Shown piece by piece: positions 40,000 through 49,435 of a DNA stretch of 64,000 bases. The notes beneath the pieces were generated by a model. That model was not told the DNA's origin. It did no database searches and saw nothing but the letters and a program-made list of their open reading frames with translations. Position 1 is the stretch's first letter, and each line of letters opens with the position of its first letter. Made by a program: the position numbers and the translations under genes. Source of the DNA: Patescibacteria group bacterium (GTDB lineage Bacteria > Patescibacteriota > Patescibacteriia > UBA2196); the NCBI GenBank assembly GCA_028748975.1, contig JAQTPI010000005.1, positions 8,933 to 72,932 of the forward strand. Direction: 5' to 3'.

Positions 40000-41148
40000 T
40001 TATTGTACTTCTCTGTTGACCGCTCCCCTAGTCTTGGAACCGAATTGGCCATTAATGGGAGTGATGCTATGATCTGTTTGAAATTTTTTTATGGCATCTC
40101 TGGTGAGGCCATAATAGTTGCCGGTGTTGAAACCACTTTCCAGATAGCCCTTGTCAATTAAAAATTCTTGCAGGCGTTTGACATCGGGGTTGTTGGTCAG
40201 TCCGTATTTTAAATTGGCTGAAAATTCCGCGGCGGCCAAAAGATTGCTTGAATTAGGACCGATAATTTTTGAATTTTCTGGCGCCAATCGCGCCAGAACT
40301 TGGAAAAGACCACTGGATGAAGAACCGAGCGCGTTGAAAGCACTGTGGGTTAAATCAACAATTCTATTATCAACATAGGGGCCGCGCGAAACTACTTTAA
40401 TTGTAACACATTTTTCCGATTTATCTAAACGACAGACTTCAATTTTTGACCCGATGGGAAAGCGGTTGGAAGCGCAATTCCATTTGGAACTGGGCGTTAA
40501 ACTGTCGGGATACCAAGAGGCATAGGCCTCAAATTCATTGGACAAGACAAAAAACGCCACCAAAGCATAACGGAAAGGAATTTCGGCTGACCAGGTGTCA
40601 TTTTTTAAATCACGAATCGTTTTAAGCGGGCGCCAAGCGCCAAGATTTTTATCAAAATAATGGATGACGCGGCGCTGCATGTTGGTGACACCCGGGGCGA
40701 GGCCAGTCACCAAATCAAATTGGCTGGTAGTGGGCACAGGATCTAATCTTTTCCTTTCAAAAATTAAAATTGGCGAGGTGGTGCTGGTTTCGGCACTTAA
40801 AATATCAAACTCAAAAACCGGAGAAAATAATTCTCCTTTAATGGGATTCTTTTTTTCATTAACCACCGGACCGGAGGGATAATTTTGGGCGTACAGTTCG
40901 CACAAAGTAACTTTCGTTTCCGCGGAAAATTTTTGCGCCGGAATTTGCAAGGAAAAATTCAGAGTCGGGTCAGTGGTGATGGCCAGAGTCGCCAAAACTC
41001 CAGCAAAAATTGTGGCCGCATCATAATTGATGATATTTTCTTTGACTGCCCAGGTATTGGCCGTGGTAATTTCTTCAGCTGAAATACCGCATGGTAAAAA
41101 AGCCGTTAAAAATGACAGAAAAATGAGCAGGGAAATTTTTCTTGACAT
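40000..41148 (-). CDS. Secreted protein with RlpA-like double-psi barrel and peptidoglycan-binding domain
   Basis: ASWY, RGPYV..RIVDL...AF; DVKRLQ.FL...G.Y...T..AIK.FQ. Confidence 0.82.
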   Translation of the reverse strand: MSRKISLLIFLSFLTAFLPCGISAEEITTANTWAVKENIINYDAATIFAGVLATLAITTDPTLNFSLQIPAQKFSAETKVTLCELYAQNYPSGPVVNEKKNPIKGELFSPVFEFDILSAETSTTSPILIFERKRLDPVPTTSQFDLVTGLAPGVTNMQRRVIHYFDKNLGAWRPLKTIRDLKNDTWSAEIPFRYALVAFFVLSNEFEAYASWYPDSLTPSSKWNCASNRFPIGSKIEVCRLDKSEKCVTIKVVSRGPYVDNRIVDLTHSAFNALGSSSSGLFQVLARLAPENSKIIGPNSSNLLAAAEFSANLKYGLTNNPDVKRLQEFLIDKGYLESGFNTGNYYGLTRDAIKKFQTDHSITPINGQFGSKTRGAVNREVQ

Positions 41149-41210
41149 AAATTTTATATGATGCTAAAATTTATTTGTTTAAAAAATACATTATAATTTA
41201 GGAGGAAACG

Positions 41211-41444
41211 ATGGTTTTGCCGAAAATTTATTTATACGGATTGGTAATCAGCGGAATTTTAATCTTTGTTGGCGGCTGGCAGATTTATCTGACAGAAAAC
41301 AGAAAAATGGCTTTTGGCACCAAAAAATGGTTTAAGGGGGTGGTATTTTTTTCCAGCGCGCTTTCACCGCTAATCGTGTTCCTTAACAGTAAATTCCGAA
41401 AAAATAAAAAATATCTTTCCAAAACACACGAACCATTAATTTAA
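41211..41444 (+). CDS. Hypothetical membrane protein
   Basis: Promoter at 41142-41170; AGGAGG SD. Confidence 0.55.
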   Translation: MVLPKIYLYGLVISGILIFVGGWQIYLTENRKMAFGTKKWFKGVVFFSSALSPLIVFLNSKFRKNKKYLSKTHEPLI

Positions 41445-41457
41445 AAAGGAGGAACAA

Positions 41458-41643
41458 ATGCCAAACAGGGCTTGGGGAGTGGTAATTTTGTTTGCACTCA
41501 TCGTGCTGGCAAGTTACGCCACTGGTTTCGTTTTCTTCTGGAAAATGCGGGTGGACGACGAAATTGAAGCGTCGTTCTGGAAAAAAGTAAGATTCTGCCT
41601 TTTTGACGGTTATGTGCGCACGTTCCATTGGATAGCGAATTAA
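41458..41643 (+). CDS. Hypothetical membrane protein
   Basis: AGGAGG SD; TM segment; terminator at ~41664-41687. Confidence 0.55.
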   Translation: MPNRAWGVVILFALIVLASYATGFVFFWKMRVDDEIEASFWKKVRFCLFDGYVRTFHWIAN

Positions 41644-41697
41644 AAAGTATTAGAAAATCTTTAACGCAGGCCACGTCCTGCGTTTTTATTTTTGATT

Positions 41698-41770
<73 letters not shown>

Positions 41771-41775
41771 AGAAA

Positions 41776-42678
41776 TTATTTAATCAGGGTAAGCCAATTT
41801 TTATATTTATCAACACTACCAGTTACCACCTTTCGATATTGCTCTTGGAGAGCATTAAAAACAGGTGAGGGCGCTGAATTTTTAGAAAAATATCTGTCAA
41901 TTTTGGTGACATATTCCAATTCAATGCCGGTGCCGGTTAAAAAAATATCATCAGCCTGGCGCATAAAATCCGGACGAATATTTTTTTCATAAACTTTTAT
42001 TTTCAGGTCGCGCGCAATTTGGATGATGCTGTCTCTGGTAATACCACCCAGAATATTTTTTAATTTTGGCGTATAAAGAATATTGTTTTTTATAATAAAA
42101 ATATTATTAACCGCTCCTTCGGCAACAAACCCCTTAACATCAAGAAAAAGAGGCTCGTCAAAGCCGGCCCGGCGCGCTTCTAAAAAACCAAGAAGCCCAT
42201 TGGCATAATAGCCGCTGATTTTTGCTTTTAAATCAACGGTGGCAGGATCCAATCTTTTAATTTTTACAATTTTCATCTTAACTGATTTTTTTTGCAAACT
42301 ATCTTGCCAGGGCCAGATTAAAACCATAACGGTCAATTTGGCACCAACGATATTGATGCCCATTTTCGGTTCAGAATAGAAAGCAATGGGCCGAATATAC
42401 CCGGAAGTTGCCTTGTTAACCCTGATAAGATTAATGATGGCTTTGGCAAAATTATTTTTTGTAACACCCAGATCCATGTTTAAAACAGAGGCGGAATAGA
42501 AAAATCTGTCCAGATGCGCTTTTAGCCGAAAAATGGCCGATCCTTTTTTGGTTTTATAAAAACGGATGCCCTCATAAACACAAGCGCCATAATTAAGGCC
42601 CTGATGAAAATTCAAAAAACTCGCCTTTTCCAAGGGAACTATTTTTCCATTAAGCCAAATTTTATTTATTGGTTTCAT
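41776..42678 (-). CDS. Class IV PLP aminotransferase (BCAT/IlvE-like)
   Basis: YG..VYEGIR, HLDRF, GYIRP, AKISGYY, EG...NIF, ILGGITR. Confidence 0.9.
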   Translation of the reverse strand: MKPINKIWLNGKIVPLEKASFLNFHQGLNYGACVYEGIRFYKTKKGSAIFRLKAHLDRFFYSASVLNMDLGVTKNNFAKAIINLIRVNKATSGYIRPIAFYSEPKMGINIVGAKLTVMVLIWPWQDSLQKKSVKMKIVKIKRLDPATVDLKAKISGYYANGLLGFLEARRAGFDEPLFLDVKGFVAEGAVNNIFIIKNNILYTPKLKNILGGITRDSIIQIARDLKIKVYEKNIRPDFMRQADDIFLTGTGIELEYVTKIDRYFSKNSAPSPVFNALQEQYRKVVTGSVDKYKNWLTLIK

Positions 42679-43391
42679 TTGATGGCGATGAAATATAATG
42701 TTTTAGCTGATTTAATTAACTTTATTTTGGAAAAACCGCTTTTTTTTAAGGCACGGGCAAATTCTTTTCTGGTAAACAGATAAAAAGAGTTTTCATCAAT
42801 TATAAATTCGGATTTCTGGCCAGTTTTCCAAAGCGCGGAATGTTGTCTATGTTTTAATATCTGGCCAGTTATTTTATTCGTTTCAACCACCAGGGCTTGT
42901 TGTTCGCCTTTTTTATAGTAATTGATAAGGGCCGGATATTTTTTTTCTCCCTGATAGTTGGGGGCGTTAAATATAAATTTCCCGCCCGTTTTGAGTGAAG
43001 CAAAAATTTTCTTCAAACCGGCTGCCAGGGCTTTGCTGCCCATAAAATAATTAATGGCTTGCCTGATACAAACCGAATCAAATTTTTTCTGATAGCTTAT
43101 TTTTTGCATATCAAGCTTCGTAACCTGATATTTTTTTATCCCCTGTTTTTTGGCTTTTAATTTTAATTCTCGGAGCATTCCTTGGCTGGCGTCTAAACTT
43201 ATAACCCGAAAACCCTTTTTTAATAAAGGAATGGTGATTTCACCGGTGCCGGCTGCTAAATCTAAAATTAATCCTTTTTGGGGGGTATTCTTCTCTACTA
43301 AAGCAACAAAATCCGGCACGCTTTTTAAATATCGCTGATAGAGCAAGTCATAAAATTCCGGAAATTTTTTGTAAGAATTACCTGAGTACAT
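42675..43391 (-). CDS. Class I SAM-dependent methyltransferase
   Basis: ILDLAAGTG; LKTGGKFIF. Confidence 0.9.
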   Translation of the reverse strand: MYSGNSYKKFPEFYDLLYQRYLKSVPDFVALVEKNTPQKGLILDLAAGTGEITIPLLKKGFRVISLDASQGMLRELKLKAKKQGIKKYQVTKLDMQKISYQKKFDSVCIRQAINYFMGSKALAAGLKKIFASLKTGGKFIFNAPNYQGEKKYPALINYYKKGEQQALVVETNKITGQILKHRQHSALWKTGQKSEFIIDENSFYLFTRKEFARALKKSGFSKIKLIKSAKTLYFIAIK

Positions 43392-44562
43392 AATTAACGG
43401 TTTCTGTTAAATCCCGGCCAAGCGCGACAAGCCCGTGGTTTTTAAGATTAATAATTCTGATATTTTTTTTAAATAAATTGAGAGGTTTAATCGCGTAATT
43501 TAATGTGCCAGGAGTATAAGGAAAATCTGTGGTCGGCGCTGTTTTGATAAAACTGTGAGTGTGGACGACGGCATTAACTTTGGAAAATTTTTCAAAAATA
43601 GCCGCCGTTAACACGGCATTAAAAGACGCTTTTCTCTCCCCCACCGCTTCAATAAAAATTTTTCTTTTTTGCCAATCAATTTTTTTTACCAACACAACAT
43701 CATCCGGACGAAGAATTTTTTTATTGCTTTGGCGGGCGGTAATTAAAAAAGAATTGCCACCAACTCTGAGCGATAAGCTGCCGTGGCCAGATTTGGAACC
43801 GGCAAAAAAATCAGTCATGAGGCCGTGTTTGCTTAAACGGGCGCAAAGCTTTTTAAAAAGTTTTATTTCGTTTTTGTATTTTTTATTAATTGATTTGTTA
43901 ATTACCAAAACAGTTTTAAAATGAGCGCTTAAAGTGCGTTTTTCCACAAATTCCATGATTTTTTCGGATAAATTAGGCTCCTGAAGTTTCAAAAAGCCTT
44001 TTTCCGGAGTTACAATAAATACTTCGCGCCGCCCTGATTTTATTTTAGAAAGATCATTGGCGATAACGAGGTCGGATCCGTTTTCTAAACCGGATTTATA
44101 GGCCACCTCCAACAATTCTTTTTTTGCGACGCCCGATAACAACTTGAATCCCACCTGAAAGAGTGGTTGTTTTGACCAAGATTTGACAAATTTAATAACT
44201 TTGGGAAGACGCTGGAGATGGAGAGTTAAGACTGATTTTACTGAAGAAATCTTTCCCTGATGTGGCCGGATTCCATAATCAGGAACAGCGGCGCCCAGAA
44301 AAACGCAATCTATTTTAATTCTATTTAATATTTTTTTCAACTCTTTAGCATAATCATCATAGGTTTCATAAACAATAAGTTTTAATTTACGGTTTGCATT
44401 TGGAATTTTGGCGTTTTTCGCGTATAAATAGATGACTTCATGATTTCTGTTTAAGGCAGTTTGGGCAATCTTAGCTGGAAATGAACCAGTGCTAAAATTT
44501 CCAATGTGCCTGACATCGTCAATTTTTACTATGGGTCCGCCAGCAGTGATTAAAACGCGCAT
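43378..44562 (-). CDS. CoaB-like (phosphopantothenate-cysteine ligase) domain fused to a class II aldolase/adducin domain
   Basis: VLITAGG...IDDVR.I.NFSTG, AAVPDY, VGFKL, VIANDL; C-terminal VVHTHS and LKNHG. Confidence 0.8.
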   Translation of the reverse strand: MRVLITAGGPIVKIDDVRHIGNFSTGSFPAKIAQTALNRNHEVIYLYAKNAKIPNANRKLKLIVYETYDDYAKELKKILNRIKIDCVFLGAAVPDYGIRPHQGKISSVKSVLTLHLQRLPKVIKFVKSWSKQPLFQVGFKLLSGVAKKELLEVAYKSGLENGSDLVIANDLSKIKSGRREVFIVTPEKGFLKLQEPNLSEKIMEFVEKRTLSAHFKTVLVINKSINKKYKNEIKLFKKLCARLSKHGLMTDFFAGSKSGHGSLSLRVGGNSFLITARQSNKKILRPDDVVLVKKIDWQKRKIFIEAVGERKASFNAVLTAAIFEKFSKVNAVVHTHSFIKTAPTTDFPYTPGTLNYAIKPLNLFKKNIRIINLKNHGLVALGRDLTETVNYVLR

Positions 44563-44660
44563 ATCTTTATAATTTAATTGATTTTCTCTAAGCGGGTGGC
44601 GGCCCCGCAAGTATGCGGGGTCTTCGCTCGCTACGCTCGCTTCGAGAATCTTATATTATA

Positions 44661-44732
44661 AGCGGGTGAGCGGAATTGAACCGCCTTCCTTAGCTTGGGA
44701 AGCTAATATAATAACCGTTATACGACACCCGC
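44661..44732 (-). tRNA. tRNA-Gly(CCC)
   Basis: Cloverleaf; TTAGC-TTCCCAA-GCTAA. Confidence 0.93.
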
Positions 44733-44779
44733 GACATAAAATTTTCAATTTTTAATTTTTAATTTTTAATAAAAAAATT

Positions 44780-45163
44780 TTATTCGCGTGTAAACACATA
44801 CTCCACCCACTTCTGCCAATTTGGCCGCGTATCTTTTAAGGTTTGATTTTTACTATTTTCATCGCGATTGATGATAATCACCCCCTCCCCTTCTTTTTTA
44901 TAATTTAAATTCTGGCGAGCTTGGAGTTCCAAATAATCTTTGCTTTCAGAATAACTTAAAAGCCGCGCTAACTCCAAATTAGAAGTTTCCAGTTTTTGCG
45001 CTTCCAGACGCAATTCATTCAGGCGGGAATTGATTTTTCCTTGCCGCCTGTTTTCCTGAAAAAAAGCCAGGCCAATAAACAATGCCAAAAGCAGCGCCAA
45101 TAAAATAAATTTACCGGAATAAAAAAAGCTGACAAATTTAGATTGCGTTTGGTGATGATACAT
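44780..45163 (-). CDS. Septum formation initiator (FtsB/DivIC-like)
   Basis: TM + coiled coil + E..AR..LNY..EGE.VI. Confidence 0.8.
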   Translation of the reverse strand: MYHHQTQSKFVSFFYSGKFILLALLLALFIGLAFFQENRRQGKINSRLNELRLEAQKLETSNLELARLLSYSESKDYLELQARQNLNYKKEGEGVIIINRDENSKNQTLKDTRPNWQKWVEYVFTRE

Positions 45164-45316
45164 AGCAACAAGTAGTTTATCTTGAGCGGAGCAAGAGATT
45201 TTGTCGATTACTAAATTATTTATTAACGAATTATAAATTAACGGATTATTTTATCAACGAGATCCCTCCGCTCGTCCCGAAGCCTCGGGACTCAGTCGGG
45301 ATAAACTGCTGGCTTT

Positions 45317-45412
45317 TTAAATCGCCACTACCCAGGCCAACATACTAATGATAACAAAAAAAGAGATGATGATCCAGAAAATTTTAATTAATTTTTTGCG
45401 TTTTATTTTCAT
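45317..45412 (-). CDS. Small single-TM peptide (31 aa)
   Basis: MKIKRKKLIKIFWIIISFFVIISMFAWVVAI; co-oriented between lepA and the DivIC-like gene. Confidence 0.5.
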   Translation of the reverse strand: MKIKRKKLIKIFWIIISFFVIISMLAWVVAI

Positions 45413-45565
45413 AACAATGAGTAATAAAGATATAGGGAAATAAGGATATAGGGATATAAGTTTGATTTTTTATTTCCTTATATCCTTATATCTTTTATTA
45501 TTTTAAATTGAGATTCCTCGGCTCTCCCGAGTACTCGGGATCGCTCGGGATAAACTGCGGTAGAA

Positions 45566-47404
45566 TTATCTCTTTAACACCGACAAATATGCTTCCGCCG
45601 GAATATCAACTCTCCCCCGCCCCAGGGCTTTCATTTTTTTCTTGCCTTTTTTCTGTTTGTCCAAAAGTTTGTTTTTGCGCGAAACATCGCCACCGGAAAG
45701 AGTGCCGATGACGTCTTTGCGATACGGCGCCACGCGCGAAGAAGCAATAACTTTGCCGCCTTTTTGCTTGCCAATGTTTTGATAGCCGAGCGTGGCCTGA
45801 ATTTTGATTTCAAACATCTGCTTGGGCAAAGTGTCTTTCAAGGCATCCACGATTTTTCGGCCGACTTCATAGGCCGAATCGCGATAGACAATCGTGGCCA
45901 AAGAATCTATCATTTCATCGGCGACCACAATATCCAATCTTTCCACTTCGCAGGGACGATAACCGATTAAATCATAATTAAGCGAGGCATAGCCGGAAGA
46001 AACGCTTTTTAATTTGTCATAAAAATCAGTCAAAAGCGAGGCCAAGGGCAATTCATAATGCAAATTGAGGCGGTTTTCCGACAAGTAGGTGGTGTTGATG
46101 TAGCTGCCGCGTTTTTCCGCCACGAGCTGCATAATTCCGCCAAGATATTCTTTGGGTGAGATGATGTCAATTCTGACCCAGGGCTCTTCCACCGCGATAT
46201 TTTGCAGATTATTGGGTAGTTCCTGCGGCGAACGAATAATTTTTTCTTTGCCATTTTCAATTAATTTGTAGGCGACGCTTGGTACAGTAACCATCAAATC
46301 CAATTTATGTTCACGGTGCAGGCGTTCCTGAATTATTTCCAAATGCAAAAGACCTAAGAATCCGCAGCGGAAACCCGGGCCGAGCGCCGGCGAATGTTCG
46401 GGCTCAAAACTTAAAGAAGCATCAGTCAGTTTTATTTTTTCCAAGCCCTCGCGCAAATCTTCAAATTCAATTCCTTCTTTGCAAAAAAATCCAGCAAAAA
46501 CCATGGGCTTAATTTCTTTATATCCCGGCAAAGCCAAAGATGAAAAATTTTGGTCTTCTTTATTTTTCGCTAAAGTCACGGTGTCGCCGACACGACAGGA
46601 AGAGAGTTCTTTAAAACCGGTAACAATGTAACCGATTTCACCGGCGCGCAAAATTTCGCTTTTGATTTTTTGCGGTTTGAAATAGCCGACTTCCAGAACT
46701 TCGCTTTCTTTGTTGGTACCCATGAGTAGAATTTGATCGCCGCGTTTGACTTCGCCGTTCAAAAGGCGCACATAGGCCACGACGCCGCGATAATCATCAT
46801 AGACCGAATCAAAAATCAGAGCTTGAAGTGGTTTTTCGTTTTCGCCAATTGGCGCGGGTACGTTTTTTATAATTTGCTCTAATATTTTTTCCACGTTTTC
46901 TCCGGTTTTGCCGGAAACTTTTAAAATTTCAAAATTGTCAGCCAGAGATTCAATAATCACTTCCTTTATTTCTTCCTCGGCTTCAGGCACATTGGCATTA
47001 GGCAAGTCAATTTTATTAATGACTGGGATGATTTTCAGGCCCTGGTCAGTGGCCAGGTGATAATTGGCTAATGTTTGCGCCTGTACGCCTTGGGTGGCAT
47101 CCACGAGCAAAATGGCGCCTTCCACCGCGGCGAGCGAACGGGAAACTTCATAGGTGAAGTCCACATGGCCGGGAGTGTCAATCAAATTTAAAATATATTT
47201 TTGGCCGTCTAATTCATAGTCCATGCGCACCGGTTGTAATTTGATGGTGATGCCCCGCTCGCGCTCCAATTCCATCGTGTCCAAAAGTTGGTTCATCATT
47301 TTTCTTTTTTCCACGGTTTTGGTCAATTCCAAAAAACGGTCAGCCAGAGTTGACTTACCGTGATCAATATGGGCGATGATGCAGAAATTACGGATGTTAT
47401 TCAT
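45566..47404 (-). CDS. lepA: Elongation factor 4 (LepA)
   Basis: IRNFCIIAHIDHGKSTLADR, GFRCGFLGLLH, GGDVSRKNKLL. Confidence 0.97.
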   Translation of the reverse strand: MNNIRNFCIIAHIDHGKSTLADRFLELTKTVEKRKMMNQLLDTMELERERGITIKLQPVRMDYELDGQKYILNLIDTPGHVDFTYEVSRSLAAVEGAILLVDATQGVQAQTLANYHLATDQGLKIIPVINKIDLPNANVPEAEEEIKEVIIESLADNFEILKVSGKTGENVEKILEQIIKNVPAPIGENEKPLQALIFDSVYDDYRGVVAYVRLLNGEVKRGDQILLMGTNKESEVLEVGYFKPQKIKSEILRAGEIGYIVTGFKELSSCRVGDTVTLAKNKEDQNFSSLALPGYKEIKPMVFAGFFCKEGIEFEDLREGLEKIKLTDASLSFEPEHSPALGPGFRCGFLGLLHLEIIQERLHREHKLDLMVTVPSVAYKLIENGKEKIIRSPQELPNNLQNIAVEEPWVRIDIISPKEYLGGIMQLVAEKRGSYINTTYLSENRLNLHYELPLASLLTDFYDKLKSVSSGYASLNYDLIGYRPCEVERLDIVVADEMIDSLATIVYRDSAYEVGRKIVDALKDTLPKQMFEIKIQATLGYQNIGKQKGGKVIASSRVAPYRKDVIGTLSGGDVSRKNKLLDKQKKGKKKMKALGRGRVDIPAEAYLSVLKR

Positions 47405-47547
47405 AAGCTTGAATATAAATAAATTATAGCTAAAATTTCTTAATTTGGCAATTGAAAGGTAATAAGTAATAAGCAACTAGTAATAAGGGGATTGTAAATA
47501 AAAGATAAAACAAAAAACCGCCTTTTTTGGCGGTCTTCTTTCTCGCC

Positions 47548-47698
47548 ATTTACTGGCGCAGGAATCCAGAGTTTAAAATTAATGTTTTTGAGAAGAGAGA
47601 TTTTGTTTTTTCCCAAGGCGGCGGGCGCCCGAAGGAACCGTGCCGGTGAATGGGAGTTTAATTCTAAACTCGTTTTTTGTTTTCCCGCGCCTGTAAAT
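47548..47698 (-). ncRNA. Putative rod-shaped small RNA (6S-like geometry)
   Basis: Long closing stem, internal bubble, C(UUCG)G apical loop on the minus strand; -10 at ~47749-47757; terminator at 47513-47540. Confidence 0.45.
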
Positions 47699-47929
47699 AA
47701 TGACAAATAACTGACAACTTATAATATACGACTTATAATTTTCAACTAAAGTATAGCAAAAACAATAAATAGTAACAAGTAATAAGTAATAAGTAACTAG
47801 TAATAAAGAGAAAGTTTGATTAATTTTGCTATAGCAAAATTAATCAAACTTAGTAATTGGGAAAGAAAATAAAAAACGGCCAAGAGTGAGGGACTCCCGA
47901 GCCGCGTGAAACTTTTAAGAAAAATTGCC

Positions 47930-48109
47930 TTACCGTAAAAAATTTACCTCACCGGAAATGACAATTGTTTCAGTCGTTCCCGGGAGAATTGTTGTCTCTG
48001 TATTGTTTTTTTCTTCAAAAAAATGTATGAGGCGAGTGGACGGGTTAAAATCTATTTGCCCGCTCACCACTCTCCACTCCCTACTTCCAACAGTGACTGT
48101 TCTCAACAT
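47930..48109 (-). CDS. Hypothetical protein (59 aa)
   Basis: GGAGG SD before ATG at 48109. Confidence 0.55.
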   Translation of the reverse strand: MLRTVTVGSREWRVVSGQIDFNPSTRLIHFFEEKNNTETTILPGTTETIVISGEVNFLR

Positions 48110-48161
48110 GTTTTCCTCCAATCATTCTGAAATTGTAATTGCGGTTCTGATCTTTCCCTCA

Positions 48162-48413
48162 CCTGACTTCCCTTTTCTTTCTAAATCGCGAGTGAACGCG
48201 ATTTTATACGCGAGTTTACGCCAAAAGAAAAAAGGATGCCGGGTGAAGGGCGACGGTGTGACGTCGCTTTGAAAAAAAATGGAAAGGGTGTTTGATATCC
48301 CAAAAGAGATAAATGGCACCAAACACCCTTTCCCCTGTCCCAGCAAATTGTTTTGACGTGCCCAAGACCGGGCCGCTACTGACACTTTGCTGGAGAAGTG
48401 GATTGAAGTCGGG
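48162..48413. ncRNA. Putative structured RNA (~250 nt)
   Basis: Closing helix CCTGACTTC/GAAGTCGGG; 14-bp GGAAAGGGTGTTTG/CAAACACCCTTTCC; CCAGCAAA/TTTGCTGG. Confidence 0.45.
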
Positions 48414-48578
48414 AGAAAATTTACTCCTCACTCGCCTTGATGTCCTTTCGAACAGTCATAGACTAATTGCTTCAACCCCCTCATTTATAATCTTTTGAAA
48501 AATTATAAATGAGGAGGAAGAAAATTTTGGTTTATTTAAATTATTAATTTTATCAGATTATTAGATTATTAACTTGCG

Positions 48579-48910
48579 CCCGCGGAACTGGAGATTAGCT
48601 TTTGATGCTGCTAGAGAAAGAGCATCAAGAACCATGAAGATTATTGAAACCCCTCGCTTTTAAGCCGTCGTCTGATCTCGCGGTTTAGAGCGGAAGAGAC
48701 CTCTGGGCGATTAGCTTGGAATATGGAATATTGAAGCTAAGGCCACGAGAGCAAACGGCTTAGTAGCAAGGGGGAGCATGGTTTGTTCTGTCTGCCTGTA
48801 TTTTGCCGAAGCAAAATTATGGCAGACCAGCAACTTCGCACGAGGGAAAAATTCAGGTTGCCCCAAATTTTTCCTCTTTGAAACTGCTGGCTAATCTCCA
48901 TGTCGGCGGG
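48579..48910. ncRNA. Putative multi-branched structured RNA (~330 nt)
   Basis: 11-bp closing helix TGGAGATTAGC/GCTAATCTCCA enclosing four arms. Confidence 0.55.
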
Positions 48911-48916
48911 GAGATT

Positions 48917-49192
48917 TTTATCCTCCCCTTTCGAAGGGGAGGTGGGTTGAGCGGAGCGAAACCCGGAGGGGTTGTGTGATTATTTTTACCACAACCACCC
49001 CGCCTCGTTTCACTCGGCACCCCTCCTTCGAAAGGAGGGGATATAAAAATCAAAATTTATATTTTTAACGAGCATTTTTCCAATCTCTGGCTTCTACTAG
49101 AGGGTGTCATCCTGATCCGCCGGCTGGCGGAGAAGGATCTCGTAGAATTTTTACGAGATTCCTCCCCCGAGTACTCGGGGTTCGGAATGACA
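48917..49192. repeat. REP-like palindromes (CCCCT..CGAAGGGG and GTCATCCTG families)
   Basis: Same families as the inserts in gltX and dusB. Confidence 0.8.
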
Positions 49193-49267
49193 TTCGTTTG
49201 TAAAACTCATAGATTGAGGGCCGAAACGATTAATGAAATATCATTTCGGCCTGATGTGGTGATTTTA

Positions 49268-49435
49268 CTACGAGGGTAATTCATCCAATGTTTCGTGGTC
49301 CTTCATCTTGCGTAGGTCTTCACGAACCTTGCGCAAGTCTTGGCGGGTCTTTTTGTTTTCGTATGTTACATGACTTACGACTATTATGGAGCACCCACCT
49401 ATGCCCACAAGTAAAAGAACAAGCGGCACTAACAT
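49268..49435 (-). CDS. Small single-TM protein (55 aa)
   Basis: GGGGGTATGCAT before ATG; hydrophobic N-terminus, charged tail. Confidence 0.55.
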   Translation of the reverse strand: MLVPLVLLLVGIGGCSIIVVSHVTYENKKTRQDLRKVREDLRKMKDHETLDELPS

